Assembly: GCA_964649775.1 (NCBI GenBank)
Contig: CAZYQV010000468.1
Span: forward strand, 1 to 25,460
Origin: an uncultured Rikenellaceae bacterium
GTDB taxonomy: Bacteria > Bacteroidota > Bacteroidia > Bacteroidales > VadinHA17
DNA: 25,460 nucleotides
Reading direction: 5' to 3'
Below are positions 1 to 9,326 of this stretch, piece by piece. Under the pieces are notes generated by a model, which did not search any database, was not told the origin of the DNA, and saw nothing but the letters and a program-made list of their open reading frames with translations. Both the position numbers and the translations under genes were made by a program. The first letter of the stretch is position 1. Each line of letters begins with the position of its first letter.

Positions 1-321
1 GTCAAGCTGAGCCTGCAGAAATATGTCAAACAGATAGACATCGCCCAGGATGGAAAGGAGGCACTTGACCTCTACGGCATGACGAAATACGATTTCATCC
101 TGATGGATATCCAGATGCCCAGGATGGACGGCATCACGGCCACCCGCAAGATTCGCGAGATAGAAGCCAGCACCAACACTCACACCCCCATCATCGCCAT
201 CACGGCCAACGCCATGCTGGGCGACCGTGAGACCTGCATCTCTTCGGGGATGGACGAATATATCAGTAAACCTTTCCAGATACAGACACTCATACAGATC
301 ATGCAGGATCTGCTCAAATGA
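1..321 (+). CDS. C-terminal response-regulator receiver domain (5'-truncated by window; probably the end of a hybrid sensor kinase or a CheY-like regulator)
   Basis: Frame 1 is open from base 1 (VKLSLQKYVKQIDIAQDGKEALDLYG...) to TGA 319-321. REC motifs: LMDIQMPRMDG (phosphoacceptor Asp), IIAITANA, YISKPF. Confidence 0.9.
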   Translation, partial: VKLSLQKYVKQIDIAQDGKEALDLYGMTKYDFILMDIQMPRMDGITATRKIREIEASTNTHTPIIAITANAMLGDRETCISSGMDEYISKPFQIQTLIQIMQDLLK

Positions 322-1693
322 TAAGATTACCCCTTTTCAGGGGATCCACTCCCAGGATCAGCACATCATCCACCTGCTTATAATCTCCCTGCCAGTACCG
401 GAAGCTCTCGTAGAGGATCTGTTTCTGCTGCGACATGGGCAACTCATGCACCGACAACAGGAGATGCCTGAAACGGCGGTACATGTATTTCTTACCGTTA
501 GGGCCGCCGAACTGATCAACATAACCGTCGGTAAAGAGATAGATCCTATCCTCCTCCTCCAGGTAGATGATGTGGTTGGTGAACTGCTCGCCGCTCTCCT
601 CTTCCCCCAGACCCACCGACACCCTGTCGCCCTTGTATTCGAGGATCTTGTTCCCGCGGATCAGATAAAGCGTGTGGAAAGCCCCGGCAAACTCCAGTAC
701 CTTGTTCTTGCGGTCAAGGGTGCAGAAGCTGATGTCCATACCGTCTTTCAGCAGCAGGTCTTCCTCGCCGCGGCTGAAGGTATTGCTGATCCCGTAGTTA
801 AGGATGTTGAGGATCTCTCCGGGATGGATCACCCCCTGGTCGTTGATGATCTTGTCGAGGATCTCAAAGCCGATCATCGACATGAAAGCTCCGGGGACAC
901 CGTGACCCGTACAGTCGGCCACAGCAAAGAAGATGCGGTCGTCCTTCTTGTTCAGCCAGTAAAAATCACCACTCACAATATCGCGGGGCATATAGAGGAT
1001 AAACGACTCGGGCAGCTGGCTGTGGAAATAGTAATCGGACGGCAGGAGGGCCTGCTGTATCTTCCGGGCATAACGGATGCTGTCGGTGAGGTCTTTGTGC
1101 ATGGCGCTCAGCTGGTCCCTCTGCTTCTCCACCTCACGGGCAATACGTTCTTTCTCCATCAGGATCTGGTTGGTCCGGCGCAGGGAACGTGTACGGTACC
1201 GCAGGTACAGGTAAGTGAGGAGCAGAAAAAGCACCACCAGCAGGATCTGCGCAGCATGTGTGGAATAAAAAGGGATGTGCACCCGTATCGTCAGCAGCTC
1301 CGTGGGAGGGGATTCCCCCCCCTCTCCCACCATGCGCACCAGCAGGTGGTAGGTCCTGTTCCTGAAGCCCGAGAAATAGACGGGATGCGTCTCTTCCAGG
1401 AGGTGCCAGTAGCTGTCATGCCCCTCCAGCCTGTACTGGAACTGCGCACTGGGAGGGATCTCCACACGGGGCGCCAGGATGATCTCCAGAAGAGCATGTT
1501 TCTGCAGGTGCAGGTCGACCTCTTTGCTCACCGGCACAAACTCCCAGCCATCCCTGGTCAGATACCGGATACGCCTCACCTGAACCATCGAGTGCCGTGG
1601 GACGGCCCGGCAGGGTGTTCCCGTAGTGAACACAGCCAGCAATAACATCCCTGCGATTACGACACCTCTGTAGATTGCACCCATTGTACTCAT
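314..1693 (-). CDS. Membrane-anchored SpoIIE/PP2C-family Ser/Thr phosphatase with one extracytoplasmic Y_Y_Y domain
   Basis: PP2C motifs SGDFYW, ADCTGHGVPGAFMSM, DGMD, FTDGYVDQFGG, QVDDVL. Y_Y_Y-like FQYRLEGHDSYW...YHLLVR. Two hydrophobic segments. Start set at ATG 1693 (or 1684) because the longer ORF to 1909 runs through the rplQ terminator and stop codon. Confidence 0.85.
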   Translation of the reverse strand: MSTMGAIYRGVVIAGMLLLAVFTTGTPCRAVPRHSMVQVRRIRYLTRDGWEFVPVSKEVDLHLQKHALLEIILAPRVEIPPSAQFQYRLEGHDSYWHLLEETHPVYFSGFRNRTYHLLVRMVGEGGESPPTELLTIRVHIPFYSTHAAQILLVVLFLLLTYLYLRYRTRSLRRTNQILMEKERIAREVEKQRDQLSAMHKDLTDSIRYARKIQQALLPSDYYFHSQLPESFILYMPRDIVSGDFYWLNKKDDRIFFAVADCTGHGVPGAFMSMIGFEILDKIINDQGVIHPGEILNILNYGISNTFSRGEEDLLLKDGMDISFCTLDRKNKVLEFAGAFHTLYLIRGNKILEYKGDRVSVGLGEEESGEQFTNHIIYLEEEDRIYLFTDGYVDQFGGPNGKKYMYRRFRHLLLSVHELPMSQQKQILYESFRYWQGDYKQVDDVLILGVDPLKRGNLII

Positions 1694-1817
1694 TAAACTA
1701 CCCCTGGTTACGCGCTCCCTCTCTGTCCGACTACCTGTAAAGATGGCAATATTCTCAAATAAAACCAACAGGCATACCGGAGAACACCGCCCAGGGGATA
1801 TGATCGCACCGAAAACG

Positions 1818-1854
1818 AAAAAAATCCGCTGTCCGAAAAAACGGCAGCGGATTT
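1818..1854 (-). terminator. Intrinsic terminator of the ribosomal-protein superoperon
   Basis: Arms aaatccgctg (1822-1831) and cagcggattt (1845-1854), inner ccg/cgg pair, followed on the minus strand by T7. Lies 20 nt after the rplQ stop. Confidence 0.85.
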
Positions 1855-1874
1855 CCCTTTGCTGAAAACTCTGA

Positions 1875-2600
1875 TTATTTTTTCTCTTCGTCTTTTTTCT
1901 CTTCCTCACCGGCAGCTTCTTCCTTCTTCTCTTCCGCTGCAGGCTCCTCTTTGGCTTCGGCTTTCACCTCTTTCTTCTCCTCCGCCGGCTCCTCTGCTTT
2001 CTCCTCTTTCTCCTCGCCGGCGGGAGCTTCTTTCTCTTCCGCAACGGCTTCAGCCTCTTTTGTCTCCTCAGTCACTTCAGCCTCTTTAGTCTCTCCGGTC
2101 ACTTCCGTCTCTTCAGTCTCTCCTCCCGTCGTCACCTCAGCAGCGGGGGCAGCACCCTCCGCCGCAGCGGCTTTCTTCCGTCCGCGGCGGCTGCGGCGTG
2201 TGGTCTTGGCCTTGGCCTCTTCTTTGGTCCCCAGCATATTCTCGTTATAGTCGACCAGCTCAATAATGCACATCTCGGCATTGTCGCCGGGACGGTGTCC
2301 CAGCTTCAGTATGCGGGTATAACCACCGGGTCTGTCAGCCACTTTCGGTGAGATCTCCCGGAAAAGCTCCGAGACAGCATATTTGTTCTTGAGATATGAG
2401 AACACAACCCTGCGGGAATGTGTCGTATCTTCCTTCGAGCGTGTGATCAGCGGCTCTACATACATCCTCAACGCCTTGGCCTTGGCCAGTGTCGTGGTGA
2501 TCCGCTTGTGCATGATCAGCGAGGTGGCCATATTGGCCAGCATTGCCTCCCGGTGGGCACTCTTCCTCCCAAGGTGGTTGAATCCTTCCCTGTGTCGCAT
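1875..2600 (-). CDS. rplQ: 50S ribosomal protein L17 with long acidic C-terminal extension
   Basis: MRH...[20 protein letters not shown]...ITTTLAKAK...[10 protein letters not shown]...ELVDYN core. Position after rpoA. Confidence 0.98.
   Translation of the reverse strand: MRHREGFNHLGRKSAHREAMLANMATSLIMHKRITTTLAKAKALRMYVEPLITRSKEDTTHSRRVVFSYLKNKYAVSELFREISPKVADRPGGYTRILKLGHRPGDNAEMCIIELVDYNENMLGTKEEAKAKTTRRSRRGRKKAAAAEGAAPAAEVTTGGETEETEVTGETKEAEVTEETKEAEAVAEEKEAPAGEEKEEKAEEPAEEKKEVKAEAKEEPAAEEKKEEAAGEEEKKDEEKK
2048..2128. repeat. Imperfect 27-bp tandem repeat (about 3 units) inside the rplQ tail
   Basis: Units start at 2048 (cttcagcctcttttgtctcctcagtca), 2075 (cttcagcctctttagtctctccggtca) and 2102 (cttccgtctcttcagtctctcc...). 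They encode [27 protein letters not shown]. Confidence 0.8.
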
Positions 2601-2626
2601 CTTCTTATTTCCTTATTCCGTTAATA

Positions 2627-3619
2627 CTATTCTTTGTCCAGTTTGTATTTGCTTGTGTCCATCCCGAACTTCAGTCCCTGCTCCTCAAGCAGCTCGCTCA
2701 GCTCGGCCAGTGATTTCTTACCGAAGTTACGGAACTTCAGCAGGTCCGACTTGTTGTACTTGACCAGATCGCCCAGCGTCTCCACCTCGGCAGCTTTCAG
2801 GCAGTTTAGGGCCCGCACCGACAGGTCGAGGTCGACCAGCTTGGTCTTGAGCTTCTGACGCATGTGGAGAGCTTCCTCGTCAAACTCCTCGTTCGCCATC
2901 TCCTCCTGCTGATCCAGCGTGATCTTCTCGTCGGAGAAAAGCATGAAGTGATAGATCAGTATTTTGGCAGCCTCCTTGAGGGCCTCCTTGGGATGGACAG
3001 AACCGTCGGTGGTGATCTCGAGGATCAGCTTCTCGTAGTCGGTCTTCTGCTCGACACGGTAGTTCTCCACCGAATACTTAACGTTTTTGATGGGCGTAAA
3101 AATAGAATCGAGGGCGATCAGGCCGAAAGGAGCATCCTCGGGCTGGTTCTCCTCCGAAGGCACATACCCTCGGCCTTTGTTGATGGAGATCTCCATGCGC
3201 AGCTTGACGTCGGGCTCCATGTGACAGATCACCAGGTTGGGATTGAGCACCTCAAAGTTGTTGAGATATTTTGCGATATCCCCCGCTTTGAGCTCTTCCT
3301 GGCCCGTGACGGTCACCATCACCTTCTCTTCGACGGCATCCTCAATGCGTTTCTTGAAACGTATCTGTTTCAGGTTGAGGACGATCTCCGTCACATCCTC
3401 CATCACGCCGGTGATGGTGGAGAACTCATGTTCCACACCGTCGATCTTGACCGTGACGATGGCATAGCCCTCCAGCGAGGAGAGGAGGATACGCCGCAGG
3501 GCGTTCCCTATGGTTATACCGTAACCCGGTTCCAGAGGCCTGAATTCGAATTTACCATAGTAATCCGATGCCTCCAGCATGATTACTTTATCCGGTTTTT
3601 GAAAAGCTAAGATGGCCAT
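2627..3619 (-). CDS. rpoA: DNA-directed RNA polymerase subunit alpha
   Basis: [28 protein letters not shown]; alpha-[13 protein letters not shown]...[10 protein letters not shown]. Confidence 0.99.
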   Translation of the reverse strand: MAILAFQKPDKVIMLEASDYYGKFEFRPLEPGYGITIGNALRRILLSSLEGYAIVTVKIDGVEHEFSTITGVMEDVTEIVLNLKQIRFKKRIEDAVEEKVMVTVTGQEELKAGDIAKYLNNFEVLNPNLVICHMEPDVKLRMEISINKGRGYVPSEENQPEDAPFGLIALDSIFTPIKNVKYSVENYRVEQKTDYEKLILEITTDGSVHPKEALKEAAKILIYHFMLFSDEKITLDQQEEMANEEFDEEALHMRQKLKTKLVDLDLSVRALNCLKAAEVETLGDLVKYNKSDLLKFRNFGKKSLAELSELLEEQGLKFGMDTSKYKLDKE

Positions 3620-3640
3620 GTATGATAGAATTATTTATGA

Positions 3641-4249
3641 TTATTTCGAGTAAAGTTCGACGATCAGGTTCTCCTTGATGTTCTCGGGGATCTCCTCCCG
3701 CTGGGGAACATTCATGAATTTCCCTGTCATCTGGGAGTTATCCCACTCCAGCCAGGAGAACTGGGCATAGCGGGCCGAGCCGAGGGATTCGGTGATCACC
3801 TCGAGCGATTTGGAGCGCTCGCGCACACCGATGATGTCGCCGGCACGCAGCTGGTAAGAGGGGACATTCACCACCCTCCCGTTGACGGTGATGTGACGGT
3901 GGCTCACCAGCTGACGGGCAGCCGAACGCGTGGGAGCAATGCCCATGCGGTAAACCACGTTGTCAAGACGCGACTCCAGCAGCTGCAGCAGCACCTCACC
4001 GGTGACACCCTTGGCGGCGGAAGCTTTCTTGAAAAGATTGCGGAACTGACGCTCCAGCACCCCGTAGGTGTACTTGGCCTTCTGCTTCTCCTTCAGCTGA
4101 ATACCGTATTCGGAGGTCTTCCTTCTCCGCTTGTTCTGCCCGTGCATCCCCGGAGGATAGTTCTTCTTCTCAAAATACTTGTCCGGACCGAAAACGGGTT
4201 CTCCCAGTTTCCGGGCAATTTTTGACTTGGGCCCTCTATATCTTGCCAT
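3641..4249 (-). CDS. rpsD: 30S ribosomal protein S4
   Basis: MARYRGPK...[12 protein letters not shown]...[13 protein letters not shown]...[14 protein letters not shown]. Confidence 0.99.
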   Translation of the reverse strand: MARYRGPKSKIARKLGEPVFGPDKYFEKKNYPPGMHGQNKRRRKTSEYGIQLKEKQKAKYTYGVLERQFRNLFKKASAAKGVTGEVLLQLLESRLDNVVYRMGIAPTRSAARQLVSHRHITVNGRVVNVPSYQLRAGDIIGVRERSKSLEVITESLGSARYAQFSWLEWDNSQMTGKFMNVPQREEIPENIKENLIVELYSK

Positions 4250-4277
4250 TTTCTTTCTTATTACAGATTAAAACAAA

Positions 4278-4667
4278 TTACACTCTTCTTCTTTTGGGCG
4301 GACGGCATCCGTTGTGGGGCAGCGGTGTGACGTCGACGATCTCGGTCACCTCGATACCGGCACTGTGGATGGTACGTATGGCCGACTCGCGGCCTGTGCC
4401 GGGGCCTTTCACGAAGACCTTCACCTTGCGCAGGCCCAGGTCGTAGGCCGTACGGGCACAATCTTCAGCAGCCACCTGCGCAGCATAGGGCGTGTTCTTT
4501 TTCGACCCCCGGAAGCCCATCTTGCCTGCCGACGACCAGCTGATCACCTGCCCGGCGTTGTTGGTCATCGAAATAATGATATTGTTGAACGTAGCCTGTA
4601 TGTGGGCCTGACCCACAGGCTCAACCTTCACAACCCTCTTCTTGGACGATTTGGTTTTCTTTGCCAT
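4278..4667 (-). CDS. rpsK: 30S ribosomal protein S11
   Basis: ATFNNIII...[14 protein letters not shown]...[18 protein letters not shown]. Confidence 0.99.
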   Translation of the reverse strand: MAKKTKSSKKRVVKVEPVGQAHIQATFNNIIISMTNNAGQVISWSSAGKMGFRGSKKNTPYAAQVAAEDCARTAYDLGLRKVKVFVKGPGTGRESAIRTIHSAGIEVTEIVDVTPLPHNGCRPPKRRRV

Positions 4668-4679
4668 GTTCTTTACCTC

Positions 4680-5057
4680 TTATTTGGTTGCTTTTTTCTT
4701 GTTTGCAATGGTTTTTCTCCTGCCTTTGCGGGTACGTGCGTTGGTACGTGTGCGCTGCCCCCGTACAGGCATGCCTATACGGTGCCGGATGCCCCGGTAA
4801 CAACCGATGTCCATCAGGCGCTTGATGTTCATCTGCACCTCCGAACGCAGCTCGCCCTCCAGCTTGTACTGCTCGTTGAGGATCTTCCTCAACGCAGTGA
4901 TCTGCTCGTCGTTCCAGTCCTTGACCTTGATGTTGCGGTCAATGCCGGCCTGGTCCAGGATCTTCTGGGCTGTGCTCCTGCCGATCCCGTAAATATAGGT
5001 GAGGCCTATTTCGCCTCTCTTGTTCTTGGGTAAGTCTACCCCTACAAGTCTTGCCAT
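4680..5057 (-). CDS. rpsM: 30S ribosomal protein S13
   Basis: [10 protein letters not shown]...[12 protein letters not shown]...[26 protein letters not shown]. Confidence 0.99.
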   Translation of the reverse strand: MARLVGVDLPKNKRGEIGLTYIYGIGRSTAQKILDQAGIDRNIKVKDWNDEQITALRKILNEQYKLEGELRSEVQMNIKRLMDIGCYRGIRHRIGMPVRGQRTRTNARTRKGRRKTIANKKKATK

Positions 5058-5080
5058 GTATCTGTTCTTTTAATCGTTAA

Positions 5081-5197
5081 TTATCCCTGACGCTGTTTGT
5101 ACCTTGGGTTCTTCTTGTTGATCACGTACAAACGTCCTTTACGCCTGACGATCTTACAGTCAGGTGTCCTTTTCTTTACCGATGCTCTTACTTTCAT
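5081..5197 (-). CDS. rpmJ: 50S ribosomal protein L36 (not in ORF track)
   Basis: Hand translation: [38 protein letters not shown] (38 aa). ATG at 5197-5195, TAA at 5083-5081. Confidence 0.97.
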   Translation of the reverse strand: MKVRASVKKRTPDCKIVRRKGRLYVINKKNPRYKQRQG

Positions 5198-5314
5198 CTT
5201 TGTATCCTTTTGTTCTTTATATCTGTCCGACAAGAACTCGCCTTGTCTTTGTTTTTCCTTTGTTCTCTAATAACTTTTCATCCCCTCTGCACCCTGCGCC
5301 CTCAATCTTCTTCC

Positions 5315-5384
5315 ATCCGCTTTCCAATCCGTGTTAATCCTTATCAATCCGCGTAATCCGTGTCAATCCGCGCAATCCGCGTTA
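5315..5384. repeat. Short-period direct-repeat array (AATCC core, 9-10 bp period) right after the infA stop codon
   Basis: AATCC at 5326, 5336, 5346, 5355, 5365 and 5374, mostly followed by G(C/T)G. Partial ATCCGC at 5315. Confidence 0.85.
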
Positions 5385-5600
5385 TTTATACCGGAAGGTT
5401 ATCCTTCCCTTCGTCAGGTCATAGGGCGACATCTCCACCTTGACACGGTCGCCGGGGAGGATCTTGATGTAGTGCATCCTCATTTTCCCGGAGATGTGGG
5501 CCGTGATGATGTGACCATTCTCAAGCTCCACCCGGAACATGGCGTTCGAGAGTGCTTCAATAATGGTACCATCCTGTTCGATAGGCGGTTGTTTAGCCAT
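5382..5600 (-). CDS. infA: Translation initiation factor IF-1
   Basis: [11 protein letters not shown]...[16 protein letters not shown]...[27 protein letters not shown]. Confidence 0.99.
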   Translation of the reverse strand: MAKQPPIEQDGTIIEALSNAMFRVELENGHIITAHISGKMRMHYIKILPGDRVKVEMSPYDLTKGRITFRYK

Positions 5601-5604
5601 TTTT

Positions 5605-6405
5605 TTATCCTTTTTGTTTCAAAACTTCTTCAATATAGTCAAATGTCGTCAGCACATCCACTTTCTTTTTCCGTATGGCCACGGCATACTCAAAGTGTGC
5701 CGAGGGTTTTCTGTCGGCAGTATGGATGGTCCAGCCATCCCTGTCCTGGTACACCTCTTTCACCCCCATGTTGATCATCGGCTCGATGCAGATGACCATG
5801 CCCTCTTTCAGTTTGGGGCCTCTGCCCCTTTTCCCGAAGTTAGGCACCTCAGGGGGTTCGTGCAGCTTTTTCCCGAGGCCGTGGCCTACCAGCTCTCTCA
5901 CCACCGAGTAACCGTGGCTCTCGGCATGTTGCTGTACTACGAAGCCTATGTCTCCCACCCTGTTGCCGGCGACGGCCTGTTCGACTCCTTTCAGTAGGCT
6001 CTCGCGTGTGACACGCATCAGCCGCTCTTTCTCCTCATCCACCTCCCCTACGGCGAAGGTAAAAGCCGAGTCGCCGTAGAAGCCGTTTTTGATCACCCCG
6101 CAGTCCACCGAGAGGATGTCCCCCTCCTGCAGCTCATAGTCGGACGGGATGCCGTGTACCACCTGGTCGTTGACCGAGGTACAGAGCGTGGCGGGAAAGC
6201 CGCCGTATCCCTTGAAGCCCGGTATGGCTCCGTTGTCGAGGATGAACTCCTCGGCGATGCTGTCGAGCTTGCGGGTGGTCACCCCCGGCTGCAGATACCT
6301 GGCCACCTCGGCCAGTGTCCGCGAGACCAGCAGGTTGTTCTCCCGCAGGATCTCTATCTCTTCGTCGCTTTTCAGCCCAATCATCAAAGAACGTAAACCT
6401 CTCAT
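5605..6405 (-). CDS. map: Type I methionine aminopeptidase
   Basis: Metal ligands in VDCG, GDSA, GHG..LHE, IEPM, AHFE. Start is either ATG 6405 (TAATG overlap with the secY stop) or ATG 6384 ([10 protein letters not shown]). Confidence 0.97.
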   Translation of the reverse strand: MRGLRSLMIGLKSDEEIEILRENNLLVSRTLAEVARYLQPGVTTRKLDSIAEEFILDNGAIPGFKGYGGFPATLCTSVNDQVVHGIPSDYELQEGDILSVDCGVIKNGFYGDSAFTFAVGEVDEEKERLMRVTRESLLKGVEQAVAGNRVGDIGFVVQQHAESHGYSVVRELVGHGLGKKLHEPPEVPNFGKRGRGPKLKEGMVICIEPMINMGVKEVYQDRDGWTIHTADRKPSAHFEYAVAIRKKKVDVLTTFDYIEEVLKQKG

Positions 6406-7739
6406 TATATAGCTGCCGCTGCTCCGGCACGGCCCTTGATACGACCCGTCTTCATCAGACCGTCGTAGTGCCGCATCAGCAGATGGCTCTCTATCTGTTG
6501 TAACGTATCAAGGATCACCCCCACGAGGATCAGCAGGGAGGTGCCTCCGTAAAATCTTGCAAACTGGTTGGTCACGCCGATGTTGACGGCGATGGCCGGG
6601 AGGATGGCGATGAACGCCAGAAAGATAGATCCCGGCAGCGTAATCCGCGACATGATGGTGTCGAGGAACTCGGCTGTCTTACGGCCGGGCTTGACCCCCG
6701 GGATGAACCCTCCGTTTTTCTTCAGGTCTTCGGCCATCTGCGTCGGGTTGATGGTGATGGCCGTATAAAAGTATGTAAAGACAATGATCAGGAAACCAAC
6801 GGTCAGGTTGTACCAGAAACCGTAAATGTTGGAGAAAGCCGTGGCGAACCACCCGGCGTTCTCGGCCATGGCGTTGACGAACACCAGCGGCAGCATCATG
6901 ATGGCCTGGGCAAAGATGATAGGCATCACACCGGCAGCATTCACCTTCAGGGGGATGTACTGCCGCACACCGCCGTACTGTCTGTTGCCGACGATCCGTT
7001 TGGCATACTGCACGGGCACCCTCCTCGTACCCTGCACCAGCGCGATGGTCGCCAGAATGACCACAAAGAGCAAGATCAGTTCCACCAGGAAGGCGATCAG
7101 TCCGCCGGCACCATTGAGACGGGCACCGTATTCGGCCACCAGCGAGAAGGGCAGCCGCGCGATGATACCGATCATGATGATCAGCGAGATACCGTTGCCG
7201 ATGCCTTTGTCGGTGATCCTTTCACCCATCCACATGACGAACATGGTGCCGGTGGTCAGGATGATCACCGACGAGAGGGTGAAGAAAGTGCCTTTGATCA
7301 CGAAAGCGGTCTCGGGAAGCCGTGCATGCAGGTTGGCCAGGTAACTGGGAGCCTGCAGGAATAGGATGATCACCGTCAGGTAACGGGTGATCTGGTTCAG
7401 CTTACGGCGGCCGCTCTCGCCCTCTTTCTGGAGACGCTGGAAATAAGGAATGGCGATGCCCAGCAGCTGCACCACAATGGAGGCAGAGATATAAGGCATG
7501 ATCCCCAACGCAAAGATCGAGGCCTGCGAAAAAGCACCGCCGGAGAACATATCCAGCAGGCTCATGATACCCGTGGAGGTCTGTGCCTTCAGGTTAGCCA
7601 GCTGGGACGGATCGATACCGGGCAGGGTGACATACTTGCCCAGCCGGTAGATCAGAATGATACCCAGCGTGAACAGGATCCTGTTCCTCAGATCTTCTAT
7701 CTTGAATATATTCTTTATGGTCTCGATCAATGCTTTCAT
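6405..7739 (-). CDS. secY: Preprotein translocase subunit SecY
   Basis: FSGGAFSQASIFALGIMPYISASIV; GIGNGISLII; IPLKVNAAGVMPIIFA; GGTSLLILVGV. Multiple TM segments. Confidence 0.99.
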   Translation of the reverse strand: MKALIETIKNIFKIEDLRNRILFTLGIILIYRLGKYVTLPGIDPSQLANLKAQTSTGIMSLLDMFSGGAFSQASIFALGIMPYISASIVVQLLGIAIPYFQRLQKEGESGRRKLNQITRYLTVIILFLQAPSYLANLHARLPETAFVIKGTFFTLSSVIILTTGTMFVMWMGERITDKGIGNGISLIIMIGIIARLPFSLVAEYGARLNGAGGLIAFLVELILLFVVILATIALVQGTRRVPVQYAKRIVGNRQYGGVRQYIPLKVNAAGVMPIIFAQAIMMLPLVFVNAMAENAGWFATAFSNIYGFWYNLTVGFLIIVFTYFYTAITINPTQMAEDLKKNGGFIPGVKPGRKTAEFLDTIMSRITLPGSIFLAFIAILPAIAVNIGVTNQFARFYGGTSLLILVGVILDTLQQIESHLLMRHYDGLMKTGRIKGRAGAAAAI

Positions 7740-7761
7740 CGCAACTGTTTGTAAGCTTTGT

Positions 7762-8208
7762 TTAGATAGTGGTTACCGTACCCTTCAAATCTTCGATTGC
7801 TTTCTTTGCTGTCGCCGAGAAGGCATGTGCCGTCACGTCGATCTTCTTCGTCAGCTTGCCGTTGCCGAGGATCTTCACCAGGGCGTTCTTCGAGACGAGC
7901 CCTGCCTCGCGTAGTGTCTCCACATCCACCTTGTCGAGGTTCTTCTTCTCGACGAGCTCCTGCAGTGTGCTCAGGTTGATGGCTTTATACTCCACCCTGT
8001 TGCGGTTCTTGAACCCGAATTTGGGCACACGGCGCTGCAACGGCATCTGGCCTCCCTCGAAGCCTATCTTGCGGGAGTATCCCGACCTCGACTTCTGGCC
8101 TTTGTGACCGCGTGTGGACGTGCCGCCTTTCCCCGAGCCTTCGCCGCGGGCGATGCGTGTCTTCTTCTTTACAGATCCTTTTGCCGGCTTCAAATTACTG
8201 AGATCCAT
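7762..8208 (-). CDS. rplO: 50S ribosomal protein L15
   Basis: GKGGTSTRGHKGQKSRSG...GFEGGQMPLQRRVPKFGF. Confidence 0.99.
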   Translation of the reverse strand: MDLSNLKPAKGSVKKKTRIARGEGSGKGGTSTRGHKGQKSRSGYSRKIGFEGGQMPLQRRVPKFGFKNRNRVEYKAINLSTLQELVEKKNLDKVDVETLREAGLVSKNALVKILGNGKLTKKIDVTAHAFSATAKKAIEDLKGTVTTI

Positions 8209-8224
8209 TGTTTCTTCTCTTTAG

Positions 8225-8407
8225 TTATTTTACTTCCTCTACTTTCACCAAATGGGTCACCTTGCGGATCATCCCCATAATCTGCGGGGTGGCTTCCACC
8301 TCCACGGTAGCGTTGATCCTGTTGAGACCCAGTGCCTGGAGCGTCCTTTTCTGGCGTTCAGGGCTTCCTATCTTACTCTTTATCTGAGTGATCCTAACTT
8401 TTGCCAT
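8225..8407 (-). CDS. rpmD: 50S ribosomal protein L30
   Basis: ITQIKSKIG...QKRTLQALGLNRIN...IMGMIRKV. Position between rpsE and rplO. Confidence 0.97.
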   Translation of the reverse strand: MAKVRITQIKSKIGSPERQKRTLQALGLNRINATVEVEATPQIMGMIRKVTHLVKVEEVK

Positions 8408-8418
8408 TTTCTTTGTTT

Positions 8419-8934
8419 CTAACCGTTGAACACTTTATCCAGATCGATCCCCCGCTGGTCGGCCACCATGTAGGCGTCCCGCATCTCGAGCAGGGCACGG
8501 AAGGTAGCTTTCACCAGGTTGTGAGGGTTGGAGGAGCCTTTCGACTTGGCCAGCACGTTCTTCACGCCGACGCTCTCGAGCACGGCACGCATGGCACCCC
8601 CGGCCTTCACCCCCGTACCTTCGGAGGCCGGCTTGAGGAACACCTTGGCACCGCCGTACTTGGCCGTCTGCTCGTGGGGGATGGTACCGTGCAGGATAGG
8701 CACCTTCACCAGGTTCTTCTTGGCATCTTCCACACCTTTGGCGATGGCGGTGGTCACCTCGTTGGCTTTGCCCAGGCCGTAGCCGGCAATGCCGTTCTCG
8801 TCACCCACCACCACGATGGCGGAGAAGCTGAAGGTACGTCCTCCCTTGGTCACCTTGGTCACCCTCTGGATGCTGACCAACCGGTCTTTCAGTTCCAGAT
8901 CGCTTGTCTTTACTTTTCTTATACCGTTTGACAT
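8419..8934 (-). CDS. rpsE: 30S ribosomal protein S5
   Basis: [22 protein letters not shown]...[13 protein letters not shown]...SKGSSNPHN. Confidence 0.99.
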   Translation of the reverse strand: MSNGIRKVKTSDLELKDRLVSIQRVTKVTKGGRTFSFSAIVVVGDENGIAGYGLGKANEVTTAIAKGVEDAKKNLVKVPILHGTIPHEQTAKYGGAKVFLKPASEGTGVKAGGAMRAVLESVGVKNVLAKSKGSSNPHNLVKATFRALLEMRDAYMVADQRGIDLDKVFNG

Positions 8935-8946
8935 GATATCTTTTGC

Positions 8947-9306
8947 TTAAAATTTTAAACCTCCTTTGCGGGCGGCATCAGCCAGCTCCCTGACACGACC
9001 GTGGTAAAGATAGCCGTTGCGGTCGAAGACGGCGTTCTCAATGCCTTTCTCTTTGAGACGGGCAGCGATCAGCTCGCCCACCAGGCGTGCCTGCTCTTTC
9101 TTGTCGCCCTTCAGCTTGGCAACCACCTCTTTCTCTTTCGAGGAAGCACTGGCGATCGTCGTCCCGTGCAGGTCGTCGATGGCCTGCACATAGATCTGAC
9201 GGTTGCTGCGGAAGACCGACAGCCGCGGCTTGGTATCGGTGCCGGAGACATGCTTCCGGACCCTTTTTTTGATTCTTAATCTGCGCTCAAGTTTCGTTAA
9301 TCCCAT
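8947..9306 (-). CDS. rplR: 50S ribosomal protein L18
   Basis: [20 protein letters not shown]...[27 protein letters not shown]. Confidence 0.99.
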   Translation of the reverse strand: MGLTKLERRLRIKKRVRKHVSGTDTKPRLSVFRSNRQIYVQAIDDLHGTTIASASSKEKEVVAKLKGDKKEQARLVGELIAARLKEKGIENAVFDRNGYLYHGRVRELADAARKGGLKF

Positions 9307-9326
9307 CGCTCTCTGGTTATTGTTGA

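Noticed and set aside
1694-1909. Apparent N-terminal extension of the SpoIIE protein to 1909
   Set aside because: It crosses the operon terminator and overlaps the rplQ 3' end; its low-complexity K/R start is just the rplQ tail read out of frame.
1723-5230. 8-mer CTGTCCGA in three non-coding spots (1723, 1829, 5223)
   Set aside because: Post-hoc pick of a short word; one copy is part of a terminator stem and there is no consistent position relative to starts.
5315-5384. CRISPR or iteron interpretation of the AATCC array
   Set aside because: Units are 9-10 bp with no unique spacers, and there are no cas or rep genes in the window.
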